64,000 nucleotides of DNA. Origin: Eledone cirrhosa (taxonomy: Eukaryota). The position numbers were made by a program, and so were the translations under genes. The stretch spans positions 254,324,001 to 254,388,000 of the forward strand of contig OZ024743.1 of assembly GCA_964016885.1 (NCBI GenBank). The letters are read 5' to 3'. This document shows positions 1 to 12,670 of this stretch, piece by piece. Within the stretch, counting starts at the first letter, position 1, and each line of letters opens with the position of its first letter. A model generated the notes under the pieces. It ran no database searches. It saw only the letters and a program-made list of their open reading frames with translations, and was not told the origin of the DNA.

Positions 1-753
1 TCGGTTCACACATTAGACCATACAGACACATATTATAGATTCTTTCGGTACCATTTTTTCGCGGCATTTTCTAACATGAATGTAGTTTGACCCTTACTCT
101 ACACTTCTTTCTCCCTTTCTTTCTTTCCTCCCCTTCTTCTTTGATGGAGTGCTGGTAGCGCATTGTAAGCCTTCGCCCCCTCACCAGATATTCATTGGTA
201 GTTTTTTGGTTGCCAACAATTTGGGGGCGGCTGGCTGAGAAGCTAGTCGGTCAGCCGTCCCTTCTGTCTCTTATTTTTCGGACCCTTGGCTTTTTACATA
301 TTCCTTTGTTATATTCCAATACCTGATGATATCACCGGATTGATATGGAACAAGGTCATTGAAATGATCATAGTATAGTAAACCTTTTAAGGATTTACAC
401 CAGTCCAGCCTCCTGTTATTTCATGTATAATTACCTCCGTATTCGCACCACCAACTACACAAACGAATATAGGTGAACTGCACTGCGTTGAGTACTGTTC
501 ACAATATTACACCAGGATTGACCATACGGAATGACCAGTTCTATCCAGTGGTGAACCAACAAACGTAAAGAAATAATGTTCCTATAATGTTGAGCACTTC
601 AAAATGTAATATTGAACAGCGGCACTGACTTCAGTGTACAGCTATTACCAGCATGGTATTAACTGATCTACTTACCATTCGGATTCTGGCTGCTCTGCGC
701 CTTATCTACCGCCACCTGATACTACTTTCCTTGTCGGGATGATTCCGATTACG

Positions 754-1616
754 TCATATGTAAGGTAAACCCCCGGATAAACTGTAAAACTAGAAAGTAG
801 TCTATAGCATAAGATGTACAGAGGGTACTTGCAGAAACATGAGAACAACATACATAGGCGAAACAGCTCGTAGCATAGGTGAAAGGATAGACCAACACTG
901 GGGGGAACTAAAAGGACGAAAAAACGGTTCAGTACTATACGAACATGCCAGACAACAACACGACGGTAACATAGACAACATAGAAATTAGAATAATATCT
1001 AAACATAGAAATGACCCAGCAGATAGGCAAATCAGAGAGGCCAGTGAAATAGAACTTAGAAGGCCATGACTAAACAGAAAGAATGAATGGAATAACAACA
1101 ACACCCAAACAAACAACACTGATCTAAGAGAAGTATAAATAAATAGATAAATAAATAAATACATACACAAGCACAATAACAACAAACACATATAAACACA
1201 CACTAGTAAACATAGAACACATTAACCAATACACAGTCCCCCCAATCACGAAAACACATCAAACAAAACACTATACACACACGCAAACGCATGCGCAAAG
1301 AAGACAAAATAAAATAAACAAACAAGCAAATAAATAAATAATATATAAACAGACTAAATAAAGATGGCGTAGAAATACAATGCAACGGGAGGAATCTATA
1401 GCACCACTGACGATGTTGCAGATGTGCAACGAAAGAACTTTGATAAACTATATATATGTGTTTGTGTCTATATTGTATCTGTATTATTTTTGACCGTTGG
1501 TCAGTCAATGGCAACATTGAGGACCGCAGAAATTTGATTACCGATATAAAAGACACAGAAGCGAAAAGCGAAAACCAACCAAACAGTGAGTGTGTTCTGT
1601 TATTAATTCTGGCAAT
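754..1616 (+). repeat. 5' pseudo-LTR of PLE-1
   Basis: Near-identical to 4919-5775 (starts tcatatgtaaggtaaacccccgg, ends ctggcaat). Confidence 0.92.
1397..1452 (+). ncRNA. Type I hammerhead ribozyme motif in PLE-1 5' pLTR
   Basis: CTGACGA (1407-1413); stem II GTTGCA/TGCAAC; GAAAG-AA-CTT minimal stem III; stem I tatag..ca / tg..ctata. Confidence 0.75.
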
Positions 1617-4600
1617 GTTACACAAATATGCCCCCCCCCCCCAACCCCACCCCCCAAGTATAACAATATTTGTTTCGACACACGATTTCATATAAAAAAC
1701 CTCGCAAAACTAATTCATCGCCGTTATGGCATTAGCTTGTGCCAAGCTGAAAGGTTATTGAAAGACACTGTTTTCTGTTATATAAAAACTACAATAACAA
1801 CAGAACAAATCCGGTTCTTAAAACACTGTGTTTCCTCCAAAATATACACTACAAACATATCAAAACAAGTAAATAATTTATTATTGAACAAAACACAAGC
1901 TGAACGACTAAAACACAAAATAACAGTTAATATGAAAAGAACAACATACACAAAAGTCATCGAACTTTACAGACAGAAACGCATTAACGGTAAGGAAGTC
2001 CAAAATCTCACCACACCAAACGAAAGGGATGACATCATGAGCGTCATCCGACGTGAAACGAAATACGCTCGAAACGAATGCAATAGGCATTTCAATAAGA
2101 AATTAGAATGGATGAATAAGAAAAAACTACAAGAAAGGAAAATAGAATATTCTCAAAAATACCCAGATAACATCAACAATATCCGTATGACTGATGTAAA
2201 ACTACCGGAAGAATTTACCAATGACCACACAGTAAATATTTATGGGAACACTTTAATCAGTGAACAAGAACAACAAATCCTGCAGCTACCAGCAAAATTT
2301 GCTATCTACAAAAAGATTAGCCCTATTGAGTGCAAAACGGAGCTGGAAAAGTGTTTCACATAAATACGTTGGAATGCAAAAGTAAACAACAACAACAACA
2401 ATAATAACGGTAGTAGTAATATAAACAGTAACTCTGAGTATAGAAATAACAGCCATAACTATAACAAAAGCAGGAGAGTGAGAAATAGTAATAATGGTAA
2501 TAATACTAACGATAGACAGAACAACAACAACCACAATAATAATAATAATAGAAACATTAACCACAGACACAGCAGCAGCGACCACAGTAGTAATAACGGT
2601 AACAATACGAACAACAACAACAGCAACCACAGTGGAAATAATGGAAATAATACATGTAGCAACATTAATGATAGACACAACAAAAACGAGAAACATGAAA
2701 CATGAAAAACAACCACAATGGTAGAAATAACAGTAACAACAACAATAACGGTGAAGTAAACAACAATCACAGCAGCAACAATACATCTAGCAATCATAAC
2801 AATAATAATAATGCTAATGATAGCAACAACAACAACCAGCATAATAACAATAATAGCAACACACACAACTATGACGATAGATATAATGACAACCCCTTAG
2901 AGAAACTATTTTTCAACCCAGCTGACAAAACATATAAGATGGGTAATATCTATCCTACGAGGTTACCCTTTAATAAAAGAGTTTGCATACCACAACAAAT
3001 AGATGACGAGACAGAGGCACAGTTCACCATAGCTAGAAATAAGATTAAACAAATAGTAGACCGGTATACTAAGAGACAGAGTAGACCAGAGGCCCAACAA
3101 CGTGGGAGGAAACCTGTAGAAGGCTTGGTTAGCCTCAAGCAACGCACAAGGGATGGTGAGGTAGTATGTCTACTCACGGATAAGTCAGGTAGGATGTCAA
3201 TAGATAGCATGCCGAACTACATCAAGGCTATGCAACCCCACATCACCAACACGAGCGAAATTGCACAGCAAAAACATGATGGGAGAGAGAAGATCCTCAA
3301 CGCTCACATGATGATGTGGACTGACATCCTAAAGCCAAGCAGACGCACTGCCAACAAATTCCAGGCGTCTAACAATGGCATACCACAATTGTATGGGCTC
3401 CGCAAAGACCACAAGACAGTCGACGACCCGACAACAGGACCACCAACAAGACCCGTATGCGGAGCTAATATAGCTAGCAACTACAGGATCTCCTACTTCC
3501 TCTCAATGGTTATACGCCCATAATCAAGATGTCCCCAGATGTATGTGACAGTACAGAGGACCTCCTCAGCAGAATCAGTGAGTGCAACAACAACAAAAAC
3601 AGGAACCTATCCAACTGCATAATAGGCAGCATGGATGTGGTATCACTGTACCCATCCATTAACATTGATTTTGCTGTGGAAAAATGTGTGGAGATGATCA
3701 TTGAGAGTGATGTGGAGTTCTGCGACATCGACACAGACGAACTGGGCCTCCTACTTAGACTTACCTACGACACTGACTACCTAGACAGCCATGACCTTAA
3801 ACGTTTCTGCCCTAGTAGACCCATAAGAGGTAGACCCCACCCCATAACCTCCATGGCAAAAAATACTCCCATAGGAAGGTGGATTGGGTGGACCAAAGCT
3901 ATAGGGACCCCCCAAAACAATGATCAGGTAATAAAAATGGTCGCACATGCAATAGGGGCTAGTATCAAAACTACCCTAAAGGGCCACATATACAAGTTCA
4001 ACGAGAAGATCTACACCCAAAATGAGGGAGCAGCCATTGGCGTCAGCGAAGCTGGTGATGTTGCCAAACTTTTTATGGTATGGTGGGAAAGGAGACTTAA
4101 AGATCTCCTTAATGAGAGCTCTATAGACCTCATCATGTACTCTCATTACGTAGACGATATCAATATAGTTATAAGAACATCCCCACTAGAGAGCACTAAC
4201 AAGTTTGAGTTAGAGCGTAGCACAATGGAAAGCATCCAGCAGATAGCTAATTCCATACACCAGAGTATAACTGTAATTCTCGACTACCCTTCCAAACACC
4301 CTAACAATAGACTACCTGTATTAGACACGGAACTCTGGATTAACACTATAGACGAGAGAGCCCAAATTCTCCACTCACACTATGCTAAACCCATGGCCTC
4401 CGAATACCTGATACTCAAAAACTCAGCAATGTCCAGTAGTGCTAAGTTTAATATTCTGATCGCAGATTTGGTACGAGTGATGAAGAATGTGTACCGCATG
4501 TGCGACCCAACAGAAATGGAAAGACACATCCAACACTTCATCAACTGCATGCAGTTCTCTGGCTACAACCAAAGAGACAAAGTCAGAGTATACGAAGGAG

Positions 4601-5295
4601 ACATGGAGAAGTATAAGACACTCATAGAACTGGACATGAAAGGAATTTGCCCATTATACAGGAGCAAATCCTGGAATAGCTTAGATAGAGCTAGACATAA
4701 GATAGGAAAAGCCACCTCATGGTACGACAACCAGAGATACCAGAGTGTCATGTTTGTGGATGCTACCCCTGGAGGGAAATTAGCTAACCAGTGTAGAAAG
4801 GCCCTGAGAAAGACCCACTTAAAGATTAAGGTGGTAGAAAAGCCAGGAACCACCATAAAATCCCTGATCAGCAAAACCTACCCTTTTAAGAAAACCCACT
4901 GTACTAATAGGAAGTGTATCATATGTAAGGTAAACCCCCGGATAAACTGTAAAACTAAAAACGTAGTCTATAGCATAAGATGTACAGAGGGTACTTGCAG
5001 AAACATGAGAACAACATACATAGGCGAAACAGCTCGTAGCATAGGTGAATGGATAGACCAACACTGGGGGAACTAAAAGGACGAAAAAACGGTTCAGTAC
5101 TATACGAACATGCCAGACAACGGTAACATAGACAACATTGAAATTAGAATAATATCTAAACATAGAAATGACCCAGCAGATAGGCAAATCAGAGAGGCCA
5201 GTGAAATAGAACTTAGAAAGCCAAGACTAAACAGAAAGAATGAATGGAATAACAACAACACCCAAACAAACAACACTGACCTAAGAGAAGTATAA
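1590..5295 (+). pseudogene. Disrupted PLE polyprotein (reverse transcriptase + C-terminal GIY-YIG endonuclease)
   Basis: ORF pieces 1590-2363, 2702-3523, 3529-5076, 5110-5295. Motifs: TDKSG, YGLRKDHK, RPVCGA, SMDVVSLYPSI, GAAIG, YVDD, CxxxxCxxC linker, NVVY...YIGETAR, RQIREA...LNRKNEW. Broken by stops and frameshifts. Confidence 0.9.
2384..2892 (+). repeat. Degenerate (AAY)n tract encoding an Asn-rich segment inside the PLE-1 ORF
   Basis: aac/aat/agc/cac codon runs; translations NNNNHNNNN in ORFs 2478 and 2702. Confidence 0.85.
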
Positions 5296-5775
5296 ATAAA
5301 TAGATAAATAAATAAATAAATAAATACATACAAAAGTACAATAACAACAAACACATATAAATACACACTAGTAAACATAGAACACATTAAGCAATACACA
5401 GTCCCCCCAATCACGAAAACACATCAAACAAAACACTATACACACACGCAACCGCATGCGCAAAGAAGACAAAATAAAATAAACAAACAAACAAATAAAT
5501 AAATATATAAACAGACTAAATAAAGATGGCGTAGAAATACAATGCAACGGGAGGAATATATAGCACCACTGACGATGTTGCAGATGTGCAACGAAAGAAA
5601 TTTGATAAACTATATATATGTGTTTGTGTCTATATTGTATCTGTATTTTTTTTACTGTTGGTCAGTAAATGGCAATATTGAGGACTGAATAAATTAAATT
5701 TACCGATATAAAAGACACAGAAGCGAAAAGCGTAAACCAACCAAACAGTGAGTGTGTTCTATTAATCCTGGCAAT
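4919..5775 (+). repeat. 3' pseudo-LTR of PLE-1
   Basis: Near-identical to 754-1616. Confidence 0.92.
5559..5614 (+). ncRNA. Hammerhead motif in PLE-1 3' pLTR (stem III carries a substitution)
   Basis: Copy of 1397-1452 with GAAAGAAATT instead of GAAAGAACTT. Confidence 0.6.
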
Positions 5776-5824
5776 ATTATATATATATGTGTGTATGTGT
5801 GTATATATGTATATGTATATATAG

Positions 5825-5936
<112 letters not shown>

Positions 5937-6372
5937 AATATTTTCTTATTTTACGTCCTTTATATTATTGTTCTGCATTCTCCTGCATTGAACCACCTAG
6001 GTACTATGACATAACCTGTGTATTTGCTGGCATGGGCGTGCATCTGTGCGCTTATGTTAGTTGATATATTAAATTATCTATATTTATCTCCAAATCACTG
6101 ATTTGTCGAGCAAACTTGTCAAAACCACTTCTAAAAAAATTTTTTTTTTTTTTGGGGTGTTAGTAGGCGTCAGTCATCTTACCATCCCATTCCTTCTAAC
6201 TAGCCTCTGTGTCACGTGATTGATTCTTTAGAATCGGCCATTTGACTTGAAGCAGTGAGAATTTCGGTACATAGAATTCAGTCCTCGCAAGCTGTTCGAT
6301 CTACCGAATTATTATTATTTTTATATGAGCCGCCAGTGTCCGCGCATTGCCTGGAGACTTAACTGAGAATAG

Positions 6373-6454
6373 ACTTCCTGATGACGCAATGAATTCTCGA
6401 CAGTTGGATTACATAACTGTCTTTATCCCATTGCAGAAACTAATTAGTTGGAGT
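6373..6454 (+). ncRNA. Type I hammerhead ribozyme with extended stem II
   Basis: Stem I acttc/ggagt; CTGATGA; stem II GCAATG/CATTGC capped by GACAGTT/AACTGTC; GAAAC-TAATTA-GTT palindromic stem III. Confidence 0.75.
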
Positions 6455-6940
6455 GAAAATTTAAGTAAGAAAAAAATTTTTTTAAAAATTTTTTTTTTTT
6501 AAAGAAATATTTTCTTATTTTACGTCCTTTATATTATTGTTCTGCATTCTCCTGCATTGAACCACCTAGGTACTATGACATAACCTGTGTATTTGCTGGC
6601 ATGGGCGTGCATCTGTGCGCTTATGTTAGTTGATATATTAAATTATCTATATTTATCTCCAAATCACTGATTTGTCGAGCAAACTTGTCAAAACCACTTC
6701 TAAAAAAATTTTTTTTTTTTTGGGGTGTTAGTAGGCGTCAGTCATCTTACCATCCCATTCCTTCTAACTAGCCTCTGTGTCACGTGATTGATTCTTTAGA
6801 ATCGGCCATTTGACTTGAAGCAGTGAGAATTTCGGTACATAGAATTCAGTCCTCGCAAGCTGTTCGATCTACCGAATTATTATTATTTTTATATGAGCCG
6901 CCAGTGTCCGCGCATTGCCTGGAGACTTAACTGAGAATAG

Positions 6941-7022
6941 ACTTCCTGATGACGCAATGAATTCTCGACAGTTGGATTACATAACTGTCTTTATCCCATT
7001 GCAGAAACTAATTAGTTGGAGT
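6941..7022 (+). ncRNA. Type I hammerhead ribozyme, second array copy
   Basis: Identical to 6373-6454 at +568. Confidence 0.75.
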
Positions 7023-7255
7023 GAAAATTTAAGTAAGAAAAAAATTTTTTTAAAAATTTTTTTTTTTTTTTTTTTTTTAAAGAAATATTTTCTTATTTTA
7101 CGTCCTTTATATTATTGTTCTGCATTCTCCTGCATTGAACCACCTAGGTACTATGACATAACCTGTGTATTTGCTGGCATGGGCGTGCATCTGTGCGCTT
7201 ATGTTAGTTGATATATTAAATTATCTATATATATATATATATATATAGATATATA

Positions 7256-7307
<52 letters not shown>

Positions 7308-7310
7308 ATA

Positions 7311-8015
7311 TACGATCAAAAGATGGTTAAAAGAGTTCCAAGTATTTTAGTATGCGCATTTCAAAAACAAATGTCATCATGGGATGATATCTGCGTTCTC
7401 ATCAGATAAAATAGGGAGACATGATATGAAGCTTAAAAAACACTTGTGAGCAGTGAAGTATTAAATCAACACATGAAAAATAAATTAAGATGGATGTATG
7501 AGATTGGAAAAAAGTGCCTTGGAAAGGGTAAGGAAGATGAAGAAATAAGAGTAAAGGAAAGTGGGGAGGAGTATAACAAGGAAGGATGAGAGAGGAGGAG
7601 AAATGGGTGATAGAGAGAGATATAGCCTTTACAACTGAGAAAATATTGTCTCACAGAGAGAAATTAAAAAACCGTTGGAAAATAATAGATAATTTAAAGG
7701 ATTTTGAAGTTAAAAGTTAATGAGGTTTATGCATGAAGAAAAATGAATTAAGAATAGTATAAATTAAGGTTTGTATATTGAAGGGTTTAATATGTGTGAA
7801 GAAAAAGAATGTATTAATATGTATTATTAAGATAAAAATATTAATGATATTAAGGACATAATGTGAAAAGAAGGAGAAGAATAAATAAGTTATGAATTTA
7901 GAGGAATTAGTTAGGGTTTAAGTTTGCTTTTATGTATTGTAAGATGTATACGTAAATAGTATCTTTAAAATGAGCATGCTTTATTGTGCTACAATAAAAC
8001 TCACCTCCTACATAT
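7311..8015. mobile_element. Non-autonomous PLE-type insertion, TGCGCA-HHR family: inverted arm plus short forward 3' tail
   Basis: 7311-7460 matches 12020-12120 and 33090-33240. Tail ctttattgtgctacaataaaactcacctcctaca matches 12250-12283. Flanked by (TA)n. Confidence 0.75.
7343..7413 (-). ncRNA. Type I hammerhead ribozyme (TGCGCA family)
   Basis: Minus strand: tattttat CTGATGA gaacgcagat...atttgttttt GAAA TGCGCA TA ctaaaata. First stem I pair is mismatched in this copy. Confidence 0.65.
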
Positions 8016-8054
8016 ATGTATATATATATATGTGTGTGTGTGTATATATATATA

Positions 8055-8826
8055 TATTCTCTAAGCGCTCATATATTCACCTAGCTTACGCTAAACAGAA
8101 TAATTTTTGAAGCTTGTTTCTCCCCTACGGTATGCTATATTTTCTGTTGTTCTCCTGTCTCACTCGCTTTACGCGTTTTAATTGTCCTAATAACTTATTT
8201 TGGTTATTATTGCACCGAAGTGAGATATATGATTTTTAATGCAATGAAATATCTATGATCTTCGGCAAATCACTGATGAGGGACTTATTTTATTACATGT
8301 TACCCATGTGCTACCTGCAGTATTTTTCTCTATATTTTAATACATATATTTACCACTCCGATTCTGTGTTTTTTCTCTCTCTCTTACTGTTCCCCCATTC
8401 TCTCTGTTTCTCCCCCTCTGTCTTGTCCGTTAACTCTTCCTCACACTTTCACTCACTCACTGTTTTTCTCTCTCTTCTCTTCATTTCATCCTGCACTCAC
8501 GAACGCTATTTTTTCTCTCTCTGCTCATAGCCCTCGTTCGTGTAGGTTCTATTCTCTAAGCGCTCATATATTCACCTAGCTTACGCTAAACAGAATAATT
8601 TTTGAAGCTTGTTTCTCCCCTACGGTATGCTATATTTTCTGTTGTTCTCCTGTCTCACTCGCTTTACGTGTTTTAATTGTCCTAATAACTTATTTTGGTT
8701 ATTATTGCACCGAAGTGAGATATATGATTTTTAATGCAATGAAATATCTATGATCTTCGGCAAATCACTGATGAGGGACTTATTTTATTACATGTTACCC
8801 ATGTGCTACCTGCAGTATTTTTCTCT
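8055..8826 (+). repeat. Partial tandem repeat, 495-bp period, between microsatellites (probable PLE-derived pLTR repeat)
   Basis: attctctaagcgctc...tgcagtatttttctct at 8056-8331 and 8551-8826. Confidence 0.85.
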
Positions 8827-8850
8827 CTCTCTCTCTCCCTCTCTCTCTCC

Positions 8851-8942
<92 letters not shown>

Positions 8943-8988
8943 ATATATATATATGTATGTATATATATATATGTATATATATATGTAC

Positions 8989-9022
<34 letters not shown>

Positions 9023-9037
9023 GTATATACATATATG

Positions 9038-9086
<49 letters not shown>

Positions 9087-9199
9087 GTATGTATATATAT
9101 ATATATATGTGTATGTATGTATATATATATATATATGTATATGTATATATATGTATGTATATATATATATATATGTATATATATGTATATATATATATG

Positions 9200-9290
<91 letters not shown>

Positions 9291-9303
9291 TATATATAAA
9301 TAT
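8822..9303. repeat. (CT)n/(TA)n/(TATG)n microsatellite; similar tracts at 5777-5930, 12283-12850, 13526-13680, 14906-15190, 15666-16245, 16890-16983 and elsewhere
   Basis: Direct inspection; source of the spurious YIYIYI ORFs. Confidence 0.97.
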
Positions 9304-9306
9304 GTG

Positions 9307-9718
9307 ATACATGTTACCAGTAGCACCAACTGGTGACCTGACATATGTCTCATGGTCGGGTCGTTGGCGACTAAACTGGCAAACCCACCAAGGTTGCTTG
9401 GTGAGGAGGGTGACTTTGGACATCCTGCAGGACTAAAAACAAAACCTGTCAAAGGGCAAAGGAGCTCTTAAGAGTCAATGGCCATCCAAAATCACCGGGA
9501 GTGATGACCCCTTAGCTTTTGTCAAGGCAGAATTCTAGAAGGAAGGAAAACTCTGATATAACACCTGCAACCCTCATGGTATCCAATGATGTTGACTTGT
9601 TCTTCTTTTTGGTAAATATCATCTTGGTTAAGAGAGTGAGACTGGTTTTGTGCAGTGCCTTTGCTCACTATAAAAGCTTCACGGCACAGGCATTGCTTTA
9701 TATCTGGATCTCTCTGCA
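9307..9718 (-). mobile_element. Interspersed repeat, probably the 5' UTR region of an RTE-like LINE
   Basis: Close copy at 15193-15478. A diverged copy at 39765-39935 lies directly upstream of a minus-strand RT remnant. Confidence 0.6.
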
Positions 9719-11985
9719 GTTTGTTGTTGAGACACATAATTCTATCATGACAATTTGTGGTAGGGAGGGGTAGCTGAACTTTCCAGTAGAAGAAAGAGGG
9801 AGAGGGAGTGGAGTAAACCCAGTCGTGCGTTGATAATGCCAACTACAGCAGGATCCTAAGGCCAGGAGGTCAAGAAAGTATACTAGGCTGGCGGAGGGGG
9901 AGGAAGTCGAAACGATAAATATGTCAATATGGAGTAAATATATAGAAGAATAATAAGAATGTTAAAAATATAAAAAAAACATTTCTGGTTACTATTCCCT
10001 TACCACAATCATCAGGTCTCTCACTGGTACTGCTAAACTATAGAAAAGTTTACTAGGTCGGACGGAATTGTAGTGAAAGAATTTTATGATTTAGTAGTAA
10101 TCAACCAAATCTATCTTACAGTGACAGGTCAACAAGTAGGGGGCGGAAATACTAAAGAAACTACTACGAAATAATAATTCAGAGTCCCGAAACTAATACG
10201 AAATAATAATTCAGAATCCCGAAAAAATTTGATACGGAAAATTAATTCAGAACCCCCCCCCCCAAAAAAAAAATAAATACTGATATACTAGACACTAAAG
10301 CAGAGATAGCACTAAGAAATGTAGAAAGCACGGAAATGGGGCAGCCATCGGATAAGAAAGCAAGTATCTGGGATCTATCACATCTGCTATAAAAAGCATA
10401 GTCGGCCAATTCTATCATAGAATACGGGATGGGGTGGGGGTACTGAGGCTACAAAGGACCGAAAGGCTGCCTCGGGGTGGGAGAGAAAGTGAAAAGGACG
10501 ACGACAAAGAATGAGAACTCGGGTGGAATGACTAGGAAGGGATGGGGGAAGAAGGAAATATAGAGAAAACGATAAAAAAATATAAAAGAAAATCTTACGT
10601 CTGCCTTAGCAAGCAGGGGTTACCCATTACAAAGTCGGCAAGTGGGGTGTTACAGCCCTTGTCTACCCCCCCCCCCCCCGGGTCATTATGGGGATTGAGA
10701 GCGATGTAAGTCCTACGCTATCTGTGTTTGCATGAAGTTACCAGTTCGTCTATCTTGTTTAGGAGTTGGTCCGTCGAAAACAGCATTTGTAATGTTTCCT
10801 CCGAGCATAAATTGCACGGACGGCGTCCTCCCGTGTAAGAGTTGGCTCTGGACAGTAAGATCCAAGTGAGACCATAGGTAATATTGTTATCTTTGAGGTC
10901 CCAGATGTGGGCCGAAAGTGTGGTGGCGTGACGCCGGGCCGGGTTTCGGAAAGTATGTCTGTGTTTGTATAGCCGGGTCTTGAAGTCACATGCGGTTAAT
11001 CCTATATAAGCTTTGTTAGATGTGTCCGTCCTCACGCAATGTAACATGGTTCAATCCTCCCCACAACGCTGAGGTGACAACACCTATCTTGAAAATTTCT
11101 TTAGGCTCATCGAAAAACAATTCCCACTACAACACCGCTACCACAACATAATCAACAAAAATACCATCAAACTCTCCTACAGCACCACACCTGACTTTGC
11201 ACAAAACATCGTCTCCTCTAACAACAAAAAAGCTTATATAGGATTAACCGCATGTGACTTCAAGACCCGGCTATACCAACATCTCTGAATTATTATTTCG
11301 TAGTAGTTTCTTTAGTATTTCGGCCCCCTACTTGTTGACCTGTCACTGTAAGATAGATTTGGTTGATTACTACTAACTCATAAAATTCTTTCACTACAAT
11401 TCCGTCCCACCTAGTAAACTTTTCTATAGTTTAGCAGTACCAGTGAGAGACTTGATGATTGTGATAAGGGAATAGTAACCAGAAATGTTTTTTTTATATT
11501 TTTAACATTCTTATATTCTTCTATATATTTACTCCATATTGACTTACTTATTGTTTCAACTTCCTCCACCTCCGCCTCCCTAGTATACTTTCTTGACCTC
11601 CTGGTCTTAGGATACTGCTGTAGTTGGCATTATCAACGCACGACTGGGTTTCCTCCACTCCCACTCCCTCTTTCTTCTACTGGCAAGTTCAGCTACCCCT
11701 CCCTCCCACAAATTGCCATGATAGAATTATGTGTCTCAACAACAAACTTTTGACCAATCCTTGTCACAATCACTTTTACCATATATGGAATTACCCCCTG
11801 AGAAGCTCGGCTATTCATGTACCAGGATAAAAATGTTCATTTAGTCCAGATTTAGTCGTCGAAACGGTTTGAGCTCAGCCGTCTGGGTCCTACTCGTTCC
11901 TATTGCCCACTCTACTACCCTAAGCATTGAGTACTTTGGTGCCTTATGGACCATCTCGTTCCTTACCACATTTCTTTCGTTATAT
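9717..11985. mobile_element. Penelope-like element (PLE-2, resembles Hydra clade), inverted arrangement with internally deleted forward arm
   Basis: Minus arm 9717-11043 carries the endonuclease and 3' UTR. Plus arm reads WFNPP...IKLSYSTTP, jumps to AYIGLTACDFKTRLY, then to the 3' UTR. 9717-10185 is inverted at 11283-11750. Confidence 0.85.
10718..11047 (-). pseudogene. GIY-YIG endonuclease fragment of PLE-2
   Basis: AYIGLT..FKTRLYKH..F...TTLSAHIWDLK...CNLCSEE...LLNK..ELVTSCKHR; homologous to the C-terminus of ORF 22085-23170. Confidence 0.85.
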
Positions 11986-12009
11986 GTATGTATATATATA
12001 TATACGTAT

Positions 12010-12285
12010 ATAATATATAAGAACAAAAGATGGTTAAAGGAGTTCCATGTATTTTATTATGCGCATTTCAAAAACAAACATCATCATGCAATAATATTTG
12101 TGTTTTCATCAGATAAAACAGGAGGATGTTTGTTTTTGAAATGCGCATAATAAAATACATGGAACTCCTTTAACCATCTTTTGTTCTTATATATTATGTA
12201 TACTCCAGTCCTACAAACTGTAGAGTGCTTCTTATCCGATATCTGCATTGCTTTATTGTACTACAATAAAACTCACCTCCTACAT
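12010..12285. mobile_element. TGCGCA-HHR family insertion: inverted repeat (12010-12082 / 12125-12197) plus 3' tail
   Basis: Arms are reverse complements; tail matches 33408-33497; flanked by (TA)n. Confidence 0.82.
12050..12120 (-). ncRNA. Type I hammerhead ribozyme (TGCGCA family)
   Basis: Minus strand: tgttttat CTGATGA aaacacaaatattat..tgatgtttgttttt GAAA TGCGCA TA ataaaata. Confidence 0.75.
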
Positions 12286-12480
12286 ATATATGTATATATA
12301 TATGTATATATATATGTGTATATGTATGTGTATATATGTATATATATATATGTGTGTGTATGTGTGTGTGTATAGATACTTATACATATGTATACTCGTG
12401 TTTGTATGTATGCGTGTGAGTGTATTTATTTGTGTATATATGTGTGTATGTGTGTATGTATGTGTATGTGTGTGTGTATC

Positions 12481-12547
<67 letters not shown>

Positions 12548-12614
12548 ATATATATGTATGTATATATATATGTATATATATATGTATATATGTGTGTGTG
12601 TGTGTATGTGTGTA

Positions 12615-12670
<56 letters not shown>

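Larger units (their letters stand above)
754..5776 (+). mobile_element. Penelope-like retroelement (PLE-1), near full length, with partial-tandem pseudo-LTRs
   Basis: About 860-bp direct repeats (754-1616, 4919-5775) flank an RT + GIY-YIG ORF. The repeat holds the endonuclease C-terminus, 3' UTR and an HHR. The 3' end runs into (TA)n. Confidence 0.93.

Noticed and set aside
313-365. HHR-like CTGATGA TATCA ccggat TGATA t GGAAC aag GTC
   Set aside because: GAAA is replaced by GGAA and the stem I register does not fit; at best a dead relic.
8748-9452. Long YIYIYI/VCVC ORFs here and at 12248-12845, 14828-16402 and elsewhere
   Set aside because: Translations of (TA)n/(TG)n microsatellites.
9380-9490. 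Possible HDV-like ribozyme in the LINE 5' UTR (ccctcctcacc on the minus strand)
   Set aside because: P3 and P1 pairings could not be formed.
9960-10022. Minus-strand CTGATGA...GAAA in the PLE-2 UTR (TTGATGA in the 11452 copy)
   Set aside because: No convincing stem I and a weak stem II.
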